Part shown: positions 52,400-64,000 of the stretch, piece after piece | Position numbering within the stretch: the first letter of the stretch is position 1 | How the letters are laid out: the number at the start of each line of letters is the position of its first letter | Origin: Octopus sinensis | Lineage: Eukaryota | Length of the DNA: 64,000 bases | NCBI RefSeq assembly: GCF_006345805.1 | Contig: NC_043013.1 | Coordinates: forward strand, 16,988,001-17,052,000 | Direction: 5' to 3' | Position numbers and translations under genes: made by a program | Notes under the pieces: generated by a model | What the model was told of the DNA's origin: nothing | What the model saw: only the letters and a program-made list of their open reading frames with translations | Database searches by the model: none

Positions 52400-52587
52400 C
52401 ATTCTTACCACTGAAATATAGGAAAGGGCAAGACACATTGCCAGCCAGGCATGCTGAGGTAAACACGTGTGTCAGAGCACCAAACAGAACAATTTCTTAG
52501 CTTTAGAAATTGTAATATTAAAACGCAATTAGCAAAGCTTTTAATTAAAAACATCAATGACAACAACTATAAAGTAACCTCAACAAC

Positions 52588-52619
<32 letters not shown>

Positions 52620-52809
52620 GCAATGGGAAAAGGAAAAAGAGAAAATATTCACAATAGAATTAGGAACCCAAAATTACATTTGTGTCACCAAACTGGTAGA
52701 GAGCAGGGGAAGGAAATTATTCAACATTCATTGTAAAAGTATCCATGAATAATGATGATGATGATGATGCTTTCTTTATTAACCATAAAACAGATGGTTA
52801 ATAAAGAAA

Positions 52810-52850
<41 letters not shown>

Positions 52851-53329
52851 GTTATTATTATTATCATTAACCAATTTCAATACAATGATTGTTTAAAGGC
52901 TGAGGCTTTGTTAATTATCTTGAAGCAGACAAAGGGGAAAATATGGCATTTGTCTCAAAAATGCTAAACAATAGACAGAAATGGTCAAATGAAAGTCGTA
53001 GAACAGGACAAGAGACAATTTAGAAACCAATAAAAGCGAGAATTTTGTTGTTGTGGTTGTTGTTGGAGCAATGGTTTGTTTGTTTGATGTGCAGAGAGTA
53101 GCAGAACAGTGAAGAAAGCTTTTCTTCATAAGAACAAAGACTGCATTCTTACTTCTGCCACTTTGTTAAGAATGGAACCAAGAATACTGAATATAAGCCA
53201 CTGGCTTAGTTAAATAATAACTTAATTCTAACACCATTATCATCACACCACTGTCATATCATCATAATCATTGACATCATCAACATCATTATCATCATAC
53301 TATTATCGTATCATCATCATCATAGTATT

Positions 53330-54065
53330 ACTTTTTTACTTATTTCAGTCATTTGACTGCAGCCATGCTGGAGCACCACCTTTAGTTGAATCAAATCGAT
53401 CCCAGGACTTATTCTTTGTAAGCCTAGTACTTATTCTACCGGTCGCTTTTGCCGAACCGCTAAGTTACAGGGACGTAAACACACCAGCACTGGTTGTCAA
53501 GCGATGTTGGGGGGACAATCACAGATACACAAACACACACACACACACATCATCATCATCATCATTTAGCATCCGTTCTCCATGCTAGCATGGGTTGGAC
53601 GGTTCAACTGGGGTCTGTGAAGCTGGAAGGCTTCATCAGGCCCAGTCAGATCTGGCAGTGTTTCTACGGCTGGATGCCCTTCCTAACGCCAACCACTCCG
53701 TGAGTGTAGTGGGTGCTTTTTACGTGCCACCCACATAGGTGCCAGACAGAGCTGGCAAACGGCCATGAACGGATGGTGCTTTTACGTGTCACCGGCACGG
53801 GGCCAGGCGAGGCTGGCACAGACACGAACGGATGGTGCTTTTACGTGCCACCAACACGGGGGCCAGACAGAGCTGGCAAACGGCATATATATATATATAT
53901 ACGACGAGCTTCTTTTCAGTTTCCGTCTACCAAATCCACTCACAAGGCTTTGGTCGGCCCGAGGCTATAGTAGAAGACACTTGCCCAAGGTGCCACGCAG
54001 TGGGACTGAACCCAGAACTATGTGGTTGATAATCAAGCTACTTACCACACAGCCACTCTTGCACC
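53330..54065 (-). mobile_element. SINE family B interrupted at its internal microsatellite by an RTE 3'UTR copy (53548-53885)
   Basis: The SINE tail (53330-53547) and head (53900-54065) flank the (cat)n RTE-tail insert. Confidence 0.85.
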
Positions 54066-54492
54066 TATTGATGAAGTTACTACATGTTCATCATATCATC
54101 ATCATTACCATACTATCATCACCATCATCAACAAATCATTATCAGATCATCAACAAAGTCTCTATTGGGACATCATACTACCACCATCACCACTGTTGTT
54201 GTTGTCCCTATACCAATGTGGGAGACCTGGATGTAGTTACTCCACACTTGCCAGAGACAGCAGCCAAATAGCTCCCACATCACACGGATTTTTTGAAAAA
54301 AATATATTTTAGCAACAGAGACAGTATTAATACCAACAGATAATATTTATCCCCATTTAATGATCTGATAGAACAAACTACTGCAGTCTAGTTTGTTCTG
54401 AAAGAACATCCACTTTTAAGTTGGAATAAATATTACCACACTGGCTTTGTCTAGAAAAACACCCAATAACAATCATCACAATGATAGCAATA

Positions 54493-54523
<31 letters not shown>

Positions 54524-54831
54524 CGACAACATCGATGGCAATAACAATAAATGATAAAGCTATCATAACTCAAAGCAATATTGAAAACAGAACCAAATAA
54601 GATTAAAAAATTAAACCAATAGACCCTAAAGTATAAGATACATTTCAATTTTATCTTTTTCTTTTTTGTGTGTGCCAAACTCTATACTCCAACATTTCCT
54701 GATTGGTTTCATATAATATACTTACAATCTATACTATTCTCTTATTTGTTGCCAAAAATAATAAAAAAAAGAAGAAAAGAAAAGAAAAAACTTGACACTT
54801 TAGTCATCCTGCTAGCTTCAAATTTCTACAG

Positions 54832-54927
54832 ACATTCAGTAAAGTGTCTGAAACTTCTTTACTTTGCCAAACCAGGAACCGTCTCAGTCCACAACTGAGC
54901 TTTTGCAATCAGATTAAAATGGATAAG
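54832..54927 (+). other. Candidate 96-nt phase-0 exon (TFSKVSETSLLCQTRNRLSPQLSFCNQIKMDK)
   Basis: tttctacag|ACA...GATAAG|gtaagc; open frame; apparently unique sequence; no recognisable homology. Confidence 0.25.
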
Positions 54928-55786
54928 GTAAGCTTTATTGATAAGCCTTTGCCAATGCAGGATTGTAATCTGAAACCAGCATCATGAAGCAATGTGGTGT
55001 TTGCTTGACATTAGCCAACACCACAACATATTCTTATTCACACAGATTTCTTCACAAAGTAATTTTCATTTGATTCACCATTTTTTTGCATTCAGTTTCT
55101 CCCCTCTCTCTCTTTCCCCCCACAGAATTATCTTCACTTTTTTCTTCCTCAAACACACACAATATTCCATCTCTTCACACACACACACACACACACACAC
55201 AATATTAACTCATGCTTTTCCTCTCACTCATCACACACAATACCCTCACTCGAAATTCCACCCCTTCCCTCCTTTCTTTCACACAATTCCAATGAGTTCT
55301 TACATAAGCATAAGGGAGAGAGGAGAGATTAGTCGACCAAACTGACCCCAGTATTACACTGGTAAGTATTTGAAATAAATAAATAAAACTAAACAACTTC
55401 AGAAAGAATATTTTACTGTCGGCTTATCTTTCGAATTCTTCAAAAATAGAACTGGTAGAGGCCAGGGAACAGAAGAAAGAAGAAGAAAGAAGACATGCAC
55501 CCAACACCAGAGATGAAGACACCTCCGAAAGGAGGGGGAGTGCCACGTCAAAACGGTAGAGGAGTAGGGGCCGAAACCGGACATGGTTCCTCCTGATGAT
55601 GTCTTGAGCTAACTGGATCCTATAAAGGAGCTGTTGTGGTAGCAGACCATGAAACACGGTTGCAATTCCTTCCTTATATATATAGAAAAATGGCAGTTTG
55701 AGGGATGATATAAGAAGGAGTGAGGGGAGAAGAATCAGCATGAGGAGGAGTTAGTAAAAGGAAAGAGAAGGGTGTAAATGTCATTC

Positions 55787-56896
55787 TTTACTCTTTATCA
55801 GAATATATATTGAAGTACAGAGCCTTTGTTTCAATTAATTTTGAAATAATGAAGAATTTAGTAACATAACTGTCCTTATTAACCCTTTTGATATCAACCC
55901 ACCTGAGACTGGCCTAGGGACTATGATACAAATTCCATGTTTGAACCCTTTAGCATTCAGTTTACTCTGTCAAGTGTAATGCTATAATTATTCAGTTTTG
56001 AATTAATCATGCATTATCAAGGCTGTGAATGTTTATTTTTAGAACGATATTTTAGGCTGGGTGTGAAAGGCTGGATCTATTTCTTTACTGCCCACAAGGG
56101 GTTAAACATAGAGGGGACAAACAAGGACAGACAAAGGGATTAAGTCGGTTATATCGACCCCAGTGCGTAGCTGGTACTTAATTTATGGACCTCGAAAGGA
56201 TGAAAGGCAAAGTTAACCTCGGCGGAATTTGAACTCAGAACGTAACGGCAGACGAAATACTGCTAAGTATTTCGCCCGGTATGCTAACGTTTCTGCCAGC
56301 TCGCCGCCCATTTTCTGGAAAGGCTGGATCTGGTCAGTTTGAATGTAAAACAGGGAGAATATTTTGTGCTGGATATGACAAGTTTAAATGCTAAAAGGTT
56401 AACCCTTTCGTGACCAACCCGGCTGAAACCGGCTCTGGCTCTGAGTACAAATGTCTTGCTTTCATAAGTTCTGAATTAAAATCTTCCATCAAACCTTAGT
56501 CACAATTTATGTCCCTAACACTAGCTGAATGATAACTAAGTTATTTTAGCAAATTCTTTGTTATATTTAAAGTAATTGAAAGAAACACAAAGCATCTCAA
56601 AATAAATACAGTAATGAAAGGGTTAAAGCGATCTAAATGAAAGCCTTCCACCAAAAGTCCATGTTAATTCATGTTCTAAATCCAAGCTAAGCAACGACAA
56701 AGTCATCAAAATCAACTAAAACAAAGGCAGTGTATTTCAGAAAAAAAATATGGTAACGAAGGGGTTAATCTGGTATTTGGAACATAAATTAACAAGAAAT
56801 TTTGATGGAAGGTTTTAATTTAGATCACTTTAAAACAGGAAGTTTGCATTATGGAATCAAGGGCATTATCAGTCTGGTTGGCATCAAAAGGGTTTA
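55787..56896. mobile_element. Multi-level nest of TTAA MITEs plus a SINE
   Basis: Outer MITE 55787-56896 contains MITE 55879-56768. That in turn contains MITEs 55942-56402 (holding SINE-A 56078-56310) and 56399-56626. Confidence 0.75.
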
Positions 56897-58760
56897 GTAT
56901 AATTCCATTCTTTGATCCTTGATAAACAACCCACCTGAGACCACCCTTGGTTCTATGTAACGAACTTCCCATTTTAATTTGATCTAAATTAAAACCTTTG
57001 AAAAAAAAATCTATGTTCCAAACACTAAATTAATGAAAGCGAACTTAATTTACAAAGTTCATGATTGTTTCCAAAATTAACTGAAACACATGCGGTGTAT
57101 TTCAAAAGAAATATGGTAATATAAAAGAGTTTTAAATTCTTTGCTTTTCCTTCAAATGTGATAGAAAAGCATGCGCTCTATGGAATATAAACAAGCTTTG
57201 TAAGAATTATTAAAAAAGAAATATTAACATAAAAACATCTTTTTTTAGCTGTTCTAAATTTGTTCACATAAACTTTAAGACAAATGTCCAATTAAAAATA
57301 ATTATAAGAATAATTACTAGAAATCTCAAATGTAGAATATATACTTATTTCATGAGATCCAGATGGATGAAACACAAAAATGAATTCCAGCAGATTTGAA
57401 CTCAGACCTTCACGTGTTCAAGCTAAGTATCTAAAAGACATAATGCAATACTAGTAATTCTACCGTTATAATAATAATGGTTTCAAATTTAGGAATGAAA
57501 CTGGCCAGCAAGTTTGAGGCGGGAGAGATAAGTGGATGTCATCGCCTCCAGTACTTCACAGAAATATGTTTATATATGTATGCATCTATGAGTGAGAAAG
57601 AGACACTATGTGTGTGTGTGTGTGTATGTGTGTGTATATATATATATATGCACATGCATGTAACTGCTTGTGAGTCTGTATGAATATCCTGCAAATTCAT
57701 GGTGCATAATTTTACAGTGTAAGTAAATATATGTGAGGTCAGAAGTACTTTTGTTTAACCAGGCAATATATATATCACCTGTCTCTGATAATCTAGAATT
57801 GATTTTACTGATGAATGACTATTATCATTAAAATATCAGTGCCCAAGAATTGCTGGCTTGTGGTATTGTGTTGAATAGCTGTTATCATGTGTAGGACAAT
57901 TCCAGTTGTTGGCTGAATCCATTGTGAAGATTGTCCAGCCACCTTTTTATGGCCTAGACGGGAAAAGCAGTTTTTATATATCTGATGACTTTGACAAAAA
58001 AAAAAGTTGTGTGGGAAATCAGATTGAAATTGCTGAATTGAAAACAGACAACTTTGCCCTTGGCCAGGGTTCTCAACAACTTTTTTCAAGTTCAACTTGA
58101 AAAGGAAACTAAGGATGGAGAGAGAAGTGCAGTCTCCCACTGAATTTATTGAAAGGCAGATGAGAGTGATGTGTCTTGAGATTGGACGGGGACAACTGGA
58201 AAAGACACTTTGCCTTCAGGGGTCAGAAAGAATATGCTTTTGTAGGGTTTTTCTCTTGCTTTGATTACAAAGGACTCAAAATAATGAGATACTGAAACCC
58301 ATCCAACCCATGCTAACATGCAAAAGTGGATAGTAATGATATTATATTCATAACTTAAGCTATATTTATAACCCCACATTACAGTGATAATCCTATGTTC
58401 ATAACCATCACTACACCCTAACCCTCAGTATATTCAAAACCAGCTCTGAATTCATCACCCACACTTAAGCTATCAACCCCCATACCTTTATGTAAATTAA
58501 TTGTTCTTGGGCATAAACTTATTTGCATTAAAAAAAAGGGAAACCAGTCAGTTCAATTCTCATTGCAAGCATCCAAAAAGACCCTCATCGGTCTTTTTTG
58601 CTACAAGACTAAATACATATAGACATAAATCTATACATTTATCTCTTCATAAACCACTATACTGTTTTGTTGGTAATTTTGTAAACATGTGAAGAAATAC
58701 AGGGTGCAACAGAAAAAAACAAAACACCATATTTTACGTGCAGTTGTGGCACTAGTAAGG

Positions 58761-58986
58761 TTAACCCTTTTGTTACCAATCTGGCTGAAACCGGCTCTGG
58801 CTCTGAGTACAAATGTCTTGTTTTCATAAGTTTTGAATTAAAATCTTCCACAATCTTAGTCACAATTTATGTTCCTAACACTAACTGAATGATAACCAAG
58901 TTATTTTACTAAATTCTTTGTTATATTTAAAGTAATTGAAAGAAACACAGAGCATCTCAAAATAAATACAGTAACGAAAGGGTTAA
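58761..58986. mobile_element. TTAA MITE with intact termini
   Basis: ttaa-cccttttgttacc...gtaacgaaaggg-ttaa. Confidence 0.88.
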
Positions 58987-59460
58987 GGCGGTGGTAATGG
59001 GATCATCATATAGCTCAAGTATAACCCCTTTTTTCTCTTAGTTACCATCATGATTCAAAAGGGTGCTCACTGTACATTTGCTGCAGGAATGTTTACCAAA
59101 ATAGGTGAATCTACAAAATGTGCAAATTTTTTTTTTTTTTTTTTTGCAGCACCCAATATGTTTACAACAAAATAGGCTGTTCATTTTGTGTTCACATCAT
59201 CCACTGCTGACAACAAAACAGTAATAATAAAATTAGTTCTGTTAGTTGCTCATTGGTCAGTGTCAGTTTTGAGTGACAGAAAACTTTAATTACTTAAAAA
59301 TGCCTTGGGCTTCTCTCACCTCTGACATCTTTTTCTAATCATTTTGTGCAGTGTGTAATATATAACACAAGACAGGTGACAGAAGTCTCCACATTGTCAC
59401 TCAACCTTCTAGATATAGCAGCAAAATCTGCCTAAAATTACACCCTACAAGTCTTTATAA

Positions 59461-59499
<39 letters not shown>

Positions 59500-59503
<4 letters not shown>

Positions 59504-59830
59504 ATACAAATAAGAAAATGGAGAAACAAGTTTAGCTTGTTCATCAACTTTCGGATATTAGAATGTTGGATTATTTATTAATCCAACATTGTAATATCCG
59601 AAAGTTGATGAACAAACTAAATTTGTTTCTCCATTTTCTTATTTGTATTATAAATTTACGGCAAAAATATTTCTTTACCTTCACCCATTTAATACAATAA
59701 ATAAGTTAATTGCATTGCAATTAAAAACATTTGTGTATTAAGAATCTGGGTACTTTACCAACAGTATATTGGATAAATACTATCCCTTAGTGGGTTACAC
59801 CCATAACCCCCAACTTACTTTGTGTTATAT
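59500..59830. mobile_element. Asymmetric hairpin element (IR 59500-59652 plus right extension to (TA)n)
   Basis: tataatacaaataagaaaatggagaaacaa...ttgtttctccattttcttatttgtattata. Confidence 0.8.
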
Positions 59831-59839
59831 ATATATATA

Positions 59840-60265
59840 TAGGGTCATCCCATAAATAATACGGGTTTTTTATACTTTTTGACTTTTTAAAATTAAGATA
59901 AAGTTCTTTTCTAATCTAAAATATATTCTCCTTCATTTTGAAAAATACTCCTCCAGTACTGTTCTGGTCTCGTCAACAGGTTTCATATATTCTCCAGCCA
60001 TATGATTTTGAAGGCTGCGGAATAAATGATAATCAGATGGAGCAATGTCTGGCAAATATGGTGGGTGGGGGCATCGTTTCCCATTCAAAATACTCCAGCC
60101 TTTGGAATGTCATCCTCGCTGTATGTGGCCAAGCATTATCCTGATGGAAGAACATCTTTCATCTTGAAACCAAAGATGGTCGTTTTTCTTCTAGAACTGA
60201 CTTAAGCCACTCAAGCTGCTCGCAGTAGATCTCCTTTGTTATCATTTGGTTTAAAAGTTCAAAGT
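59840..60265 (-). pseudogene. Mariner 3' end fragment
   Basis: Minus strand encodes a frameshifted WETMP..PYLPDIAPSDYHLFRSLQNHM-like motif. A TIR-like end tagggtcatcccataaataat abuts (TA)n. Confidence 0.72.
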
Positions 60266-60689
60266 GGACTAAACCTTTCATTTTGAGGAGAAGAGTTGGT
60301 CGATTACATTAACCCCTGTACTCAACTAGTATATATTTTATCTACAGCAAGAAGCCAAATCTATTATGGCCACTTCTCTCATACTTTCACCTCTTGCAAA
60401 GCTGATTCCTAATCTTCTGTAGCCCCACTCAGTTGAACTCACTAGTGCTGGCGCTACGAAAAAAAAAAACCCACCCAATACTCACTGTAAAACGGTTGGC
60501 ATTAGAAAGAGTATCCAACTGTAGAAACCCTGCTAAAGTAGACATTAGAACATGACAGAGTCCTTGGACTTGTCAAATCCTGTCAAATTGTACAACCCAT
60601 GTCAGCATGGAACATGGATGTTAAATGATGGTGATGATGACAATGATAATTTTGATGATGATTGGATTGGGGGAAAAACACCACCACTC

Positions 60690-61092
60690 TCTTTACTCTT
60701 TTACTTGTTTCAGTCATTTGACTGCGGACATGCTGGAGCACCACCTTTAGTCGAGCAAATCGACTCCAGGACTTATTCTTTGTAAGCCTAGTACTTATGC
60801 TATTGGTCTTTTTTGCCAAACCGCTAAGTTACAGGGACCTAAACACACCAGCATCAGTTGTCAAGTGATGTTGGGGGGACAAACACAGACACACAAACAT
60901 ATACACACACACATACAGATATATATATATATATACGACAGGCTTCTTTCAGTTTCCAAATCCACTCACAAGGCTTTGGTCGGCCCGAGGCTATAGTAGA
61001 AGACACTTGCCCAAGGAGCCACGCAGTGGAACTGAACCCAGAACCATGTGGTTGGTAAGCAAGCTACTTACCACACAGCCACTCCTACACCT
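60690..61092 (-). mobile_element. SINE family B, full length
   Basis: Reverse complement of the 39570-40015 family. Confidence 0.88.
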
Positions 61093-61865
61093 ATAATTTT
61101 AAGTTTGTTTCTCCTTGCTTGAATGAATATGAAATGAAATAACAAAATTATACAATGTATGTCAAGAGAGGGACAGCTACATAGGGCCAACCTCAACATC
61201 CCAACAGATCTCAGATTACAGTGGTTATCACGCATATGTGCCCTCTCCAAAAACCTCTTCTAGTTCCTGACCTATAACTGCATGTTCAGGATGGAACTCA
61301 TTCAGCTGAATCTAATTTTCAGCAAATTTACAGAAATGCAGCACTCTCTGTCACGACTTTCACCTTCCTCTTTGTGTAGCACTTGAAAACACTTGATGAG
61401 GGCTTGGCTGTAGAGAAAAAGACCCACCTCAACCTTCACAGTCCTGTCCACTTCCCTATTACTAATTCTGCCATAGCCACTAGACTTGCTAAAGACAATT
61501 TCAAAATCCTTCCTGGAAATAAAATCCAAATATCAGTAGCAACTTCTTTAGACTATTTCTGTTAAGTCCTATAGCCAAAAGGAACATAGGAACACCATTT
61601 GATGTCTTCTCCTTCTTCCATTAAGTGAACACAGGCCAAAAGAGTCACAAGAAGTCCCTCTTTCACCAATCTACCCCCCTCCACCCTCCTCCACACACAC
61701 AAAGAAGTATTTAGGCTCAGCATTACAAATACCAACTCTCAGAACTTGAGTTCAAATTTGCCTCAAGTATTTTGTTAGGTAGTATAAGTATACTTAATTC
61801 TTACATCATCTAGATATCAAGAGTATAGGTACTATCTCAACTGAGAATGAAACCCAAAACACCAA

Positions 61866-62200
61866 CTATATATATAAAGCTGAAGTTGTCTGTGTATGGC
61901 AGGTTTGGTAGCCTTCAACTAGCACTATCTCCTCCGAGACCCTGGGGTGCAAGTTGACCAAAATTGAGAGTATGATAGAAGGTTTCAAATCAGACCATGT
62001 TAACACCAAAAATTATTTACATCAAAAAGGTGCTTTTTTTCTATGAAAATCCCTATTTTTTACGATTTTTTTACTGCTGTGTCGCCATTTTTCAGTGTAT
62101 TTCAACCAGAAAAATGTTCGCTTAAAGAGAATAAGAAGCTACATAATTCCAATTCTAAAGGGTCAAAACAAACCCGAGCAACGCCGGGCAATACTGCTAG
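61866..62200 (+). mobile_element. Non-autonomous Helitron (22937 family) with internal deletions
   Basis: ctatatatataaagctgaagttgtc...cccgagcaacgccgggcaatactgCTAG|t. Confidence 0.87.
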
Positions 62201-64000
62201 TATATATATATATATATATGTATTAGATATAGATATCATCATCATCACTTTAACATACATTTCCATCCTTGCATGGATTACACAGAATTTGTTGGAGTAA
62301 ATTTTCTATGCTTGGATGCCCTTCCTGTCACCAACCCTCATCTGTCTCCAAGTAATGTAACAATTTCACAAAAGATTAGAAATGAAAGGCACAGTTTCTA
62401 TGAGAGTGAAGTTAATTTACAACCATGCAATATTGAGACAAGGAACCAAAAACACACACATGCAAGCACGCACACACATATATATACACAATGGGCTTCT
62501 TTTAGTTTCCATCAACCGAATCCACTCACAGGGCTTTGGTCAGCCTGAGGCTACAGTCGAAGACACAAGCCTAAAATGCTATGCAGTGGGATTGAACCTG
62601 AAAAAGTGGTTGGTAAGGAAACTTCTTAACTACATAGCCAAGCATATATCACTGTGTGTGTGTCTGTGTGTGAGAGAGAGAGAGAACCTTTTACATGATA
62701 ATTCAATTAGTAAATCAGTTCACTTAAACAAATGGAAGGGCTCGTTGATCATTCTCAATGGGATAGTGTCACATTATCCATCATCTTGAGCGGTGAAGTG
62801 GTGTGGGACAGTTATTGCACAAGTGACACACTACAAAACACAGCAACACAACTTTACACTGCAGGAATTACAGCAATAAAAAATTACACTTTAAATAAAT
62901 CACAAACTACTTTAAGTGTGTCTTATTTAAGGTCAAATCTGTCATACCAAACGATAAAATCTTAAAAATTAACTTCTGCAATCAACAGATGATATTGGTC
63001 ACATTGACAGACCCAGACTTCAACCTTGTTCCATCTGAATTGTATTGTTAGATATGAAAATTAAGACTAGATTGTATGATACAGAACAGAACTATGGCTG
63101 CGTAGTTAAGAACTTTACTTTGCAATGATATTGTTTTGGGTTTAGTCCTACTGCACTCCACCTTGAGCAACTATCTTTGATTACACCATCAGGGCAGGCC
63201 AAAGACTTGTGAGTGAATTTGGTAGACAGAAACTAAAAAGAAGCTAGTCAAACACACACACACACACATATGTGGAGAGAGACAAATATGCATAAATACA
63301 CACGCACACACATATCCAATAGTCTTCAGTACAGTTTCCATACATAAAATGTCAGGCTGTGTGGTTAAACCAGGCTATAGATTAAGATCATCAGCCAAAA
63401 ACAAGAATTATCTCTCTAACAAGCTTCCATACAGTTTTCCATCTACAAAGATTCTCAAGGCTTTAGTCAATACAAAGTTACAGTAGAAGATCCCTGTCTG
63501 TCTAAGTGTCATGCAGTAGGATCAAACCCAAGTGGGAAGTAGGGGGATTGAACCTTGAACATAGGACCATACAGCTTTAAGGATAAACTTCTTAGTCACA
63601 CAACCATGTTTGTGCCCACGAAAACACCTCTTAAAATAATTCACCTCTAAAACCAATGCCAATAACAGGAGCAATCAATCACCTGACCACTGGAGAACTT
63701 CCTCCAGTCCATAATTGGGCACTGTAGACAGTTAGGTGTGCAACTAGCGATGGGATGTTGGGGCTTTCATCCAGCAACAGCTGAAAGCCTCAACATCAGC
63801 TAAATGCAAAGATAAGGTTAATAGTCCTTCAAAACTTATGCTCTGCCCACAAACATATTAAACTACTTAGAGTAGGTTTGAAGCTACAGCTTGGAAGTAA
63901 TTAAAAGACAATACTGCCATGACCACCACCACTCTGTCCACTTAGTTATTACTCTTCAACTCTGAAGTGTTTCTATATACACCTACTAGTGTGCTTTATT

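Noticed and set aside
57805-58260. Short ORFs in non-repetitive-looking sequence (also 61302-61565)
   Set aside because: No recognisable motifs or splice signals. They may be old TE remnants but cannot be supported.

Overview
AT-rich eukaryotic (animal) DNA that is largely non-coding and dense in microsatellites and transposons. The repeat landscape looks like an octopus/coleoid cephalopod genome; this is inferred from repeat-family recognition only. It includes RTE LINE fragments with (ATG)n tails, tRNA-derived SINEs, mariner relics, non-autonomous Helitrons and TTAA MITEs. No intact host gene is visible. Nearly all ORF-track entries are microsatellite or antisense artefacts. Real coding remnants are RTE reverse transcriptase and mariner transposase pseudogenes, plus two tentative host exons (3289-3421 minus, 54832-54927 plus). 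The most notable signal is a set of minimal type-I hammerhead ribozyme (HHR) motifs in several unrelated non-autonomous, Penelope-like elements that form asymmetric inverted repeats. These include a tRNA-headed SINE carrying an HHR (three loci, four near-complete HHR copies) and HHR variants with compensatory swaps of the core 3-8 base pair. One HHR-SINE locus appears to have been recopied locally together with its flank. All structures were read by eye and none has been tested computationally.
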